Assembly (NCBI GenBank): GCA_036397035.1 | Contig: DASWJS010000029.1 | Location: forward strand, 132 to 64,131 | Source: Actinomycetota bacterium | GTDB lineage: Bacteria; Actinomycetota; AC-67 | Length of the DNA: 64,000 bases | Reading direction: 5' to 3' | Shown here: positions 62,804 through 64,000 of the stretch, piece after piece | Layout: every line of letters starts with the position of its first letter | Numbering within the stretch: position 1 is the stretch's first letter | Translations under genes and position numbers: made by a program | The notes under the pieces: generated by a model | The model's input: only the letters and a program-made list of their open reading frames with translations | The model's database searches: none | What the model was told of the DNA's origin: nothing

Positions 62804-64000
62804 CTAGGTCGCACCGGCCACCGCGTCGAGCGCGGCGGGGTTTTCCAGGCTCGAGACGTCGCCCGGGTCCTGCCCCAACGCGATCGCGCGCACCGCGCGC
62901 CGAACGATCTTGGCCGAGCGCGTCCGCGGCAGCGCGGCGACGAACCGCACGGCCTCGGGCATGAACGCCTTGCCGAGAGCGCGGCCGACGCTCGCGCGCA
63001 GCTCGTCGCGCAAGTCTTCGGTCGGCTCGTGCCCCGGCGTGAGCACGACGTAGCACCAGACCTTCTCGCCCTTGACCTCGTCGGGCACGCCCACGGCCGC
63101 GGACTCGGCGACGGCGGGGTGCTCGACCAGGATCGACTCGACCTCCGCGGGGCCGAGCCGCTTGCCGGCCACCTTCAGCGTGTCGTCGCTCCGGCCGTGC
63201 AGGTACCAGTAGCCGTCGGCGTCGCGGCTCGCCCAATCGCCGTGCACCCAGACGTCGGGCCAGCGCGACCAGTAGGTCTCGATGAAACGGTCCGGGTCGC
63301 CCCAGATCCCGCGCGTCATCCCGGGCCACGGCTTGGTGCACACCAGCTCGCCGACCTCGCCGGGCGGCACGGGTTTGCCCTCGGGGTCGAAGACGTCGAT
63401 CGCCATGCCGAGCGCGGGGCCTCCGAGCGTGCACGGGCGCAGCGGCGTGAGCGGCGTCGGGGACAGGAAGCACGCGCCGACCTCGGTGCCGCCCGAGAGA
63501 TTGACGATGGGCAACGTGCCCTTGCCGGCCACGTCGAAGAACCAGCGCCACGGGTCGGGGTTCCACGGCTCGCCGGTGCTCGCCAGGATGCGCAGCGACG
63601 AGAGGTCGTGCGCGCGCACCATCTCCTCTCCGTGCGGGATGAGCGCGCGGATCAGCGTCGGCGACACGCCGAGCGTCGTCACGCGGTGGCGCTCGATCAG
63701 GTCCCAGATGCGGTCGGGCGCGGGATAGTCGGGCGCGCCTTCGTACAGCAAGACGGCGCCCCCGTTCGCGCCGGCGCCGATCACCTCCCACGGTCCCATG
63801 ATCCACCCCATGTCGGTGAACCAGAACAGCAGCTCGTCCGGGTGCAGGTCGACCTGGTAGGCAACTTCCTCGGCGATCTTGACCAGGAACCCGCCGTGCA
63901 CGTGCACGACCCCCTTCGGCCGCCCGGTCGTGCCGGAGGTATACGCGATGAACAGCGGCGCCTCCGGGTCGAGCCGCTCGGCCTCGCGCCGGTCCGGCTG
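62804..64000 (-). CDS. AMP-forming acyl-CoA/acetyl-CoA synthetase family protein, C-terminal part; the gene continues past the window end
   Basis: Reading frame is open to nt 64000 and contains the AMP-binding motif YTSGTTGRPKGV near the window edge. Confidence 0.8.
   Translation of the reverse strand, partial: QPDRREAERLDPEAPLFIAYTSGTTGRPKGVVHVHGGFLVKIAEEVAYQVDLHPDELLFWFTDMGWIMGPWEVIGAGANGGAVLLYEGAPDYPAPDRIWDLIERHRVTTLGVSPTLIRALIPHGEEMVRAHDLSSLRILASTGEPWNPDPWRWFFDVAGKGTLPIVNLSGGTEVGACFLSPTPLTPLRPCTLGGPALGMAIDVFDPEGKPVPPGEVGELVCTKPWPGMTRGIWGDPDRFIETYWSRWPDVWVHGDWASRDADGYWYLHGRSDDTLKVAGKRLGPAEVESILVEHPAVAESAAVGVPDEVKGEKVWCYVVLTPGHEPTEDLRDELRASVGRALGKAFMPEAVRFVAALPRTRSAKIVRRAVRAIALGQDPGDVSSLENPAALDAVAGAT

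Overview
This is a high-GC (roughly 70%) bacterial chromosomal segment that is most likely actinobacterial. It carries a mycothiol conjugate amidase (Mca)-like gene, a mycobacterial-type 7Fe ferredoxin (FdxA), a coenzyme F420 hydrogenase/dehydrogenase beta-family (FrhB-like) gene, and a Rv3671c (MarP)-like protease. The 16S signature regions look like a deep-branching actinomycete (Thermoleophilia/Rubrobacteria-like), but that placement is low confidence.

About 75 protein genes are densely packed on both strands, many with overlapping stop/start codons. They are mostly housekeeping and metabolic: metH, ispH, cysS, infA, thiI, the livKHMGF branched-chain amino-acid ABC operon, acyl-CoA metabolism genes, malic enzyme and a citE-like lyase. 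Several secreted or lipoprotein genes are also present.

The standout region is a stand-alone 16S rRNA gene on the minus strand at about 48913..50706. It is flanked by a 23-25 bp processing-stem inverted repeat and is followed directly by an intrinsic terminator, with no 23S gene downstream. The gene is interrupted at the universally conserved U1498/A1499 position (E. coli numbering, decoding centre) by a 250-nt insertion. This insertion has the hallmarks of a self-splicing group I intron: a 5' exon U paired to a G in an internal guide sequence, a terminal guanosine, and recognisable P, Q, R and S core elements. Just downstream of the rRNA gene lies a lower-GC stretch carrying decayed homing-endonuclease LAGLIDADG-like motifs in broken reading frames.

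Other notable items:
- a translationally coupled operon of two ABC exporter half-pairs, a pseudo-receiver protein and a lipoprotein;
- a frameshifted NYN-domain pseudogene;
- a thioredoxin-like 2Fe-2S ferredoxin next to an FrhB-family gene;
- a holin-X/DUF3618/DUF2269 membrane triad;
- a cupredoxin next to a beta-helix secreted protein;
- several coding micro-repeats.

No CRISPR arrays, tRNAs or transposases were seen. Many long ORFs in the six-frame track are antisense or off-frame artefacts of GC-rich DNA and were not called.
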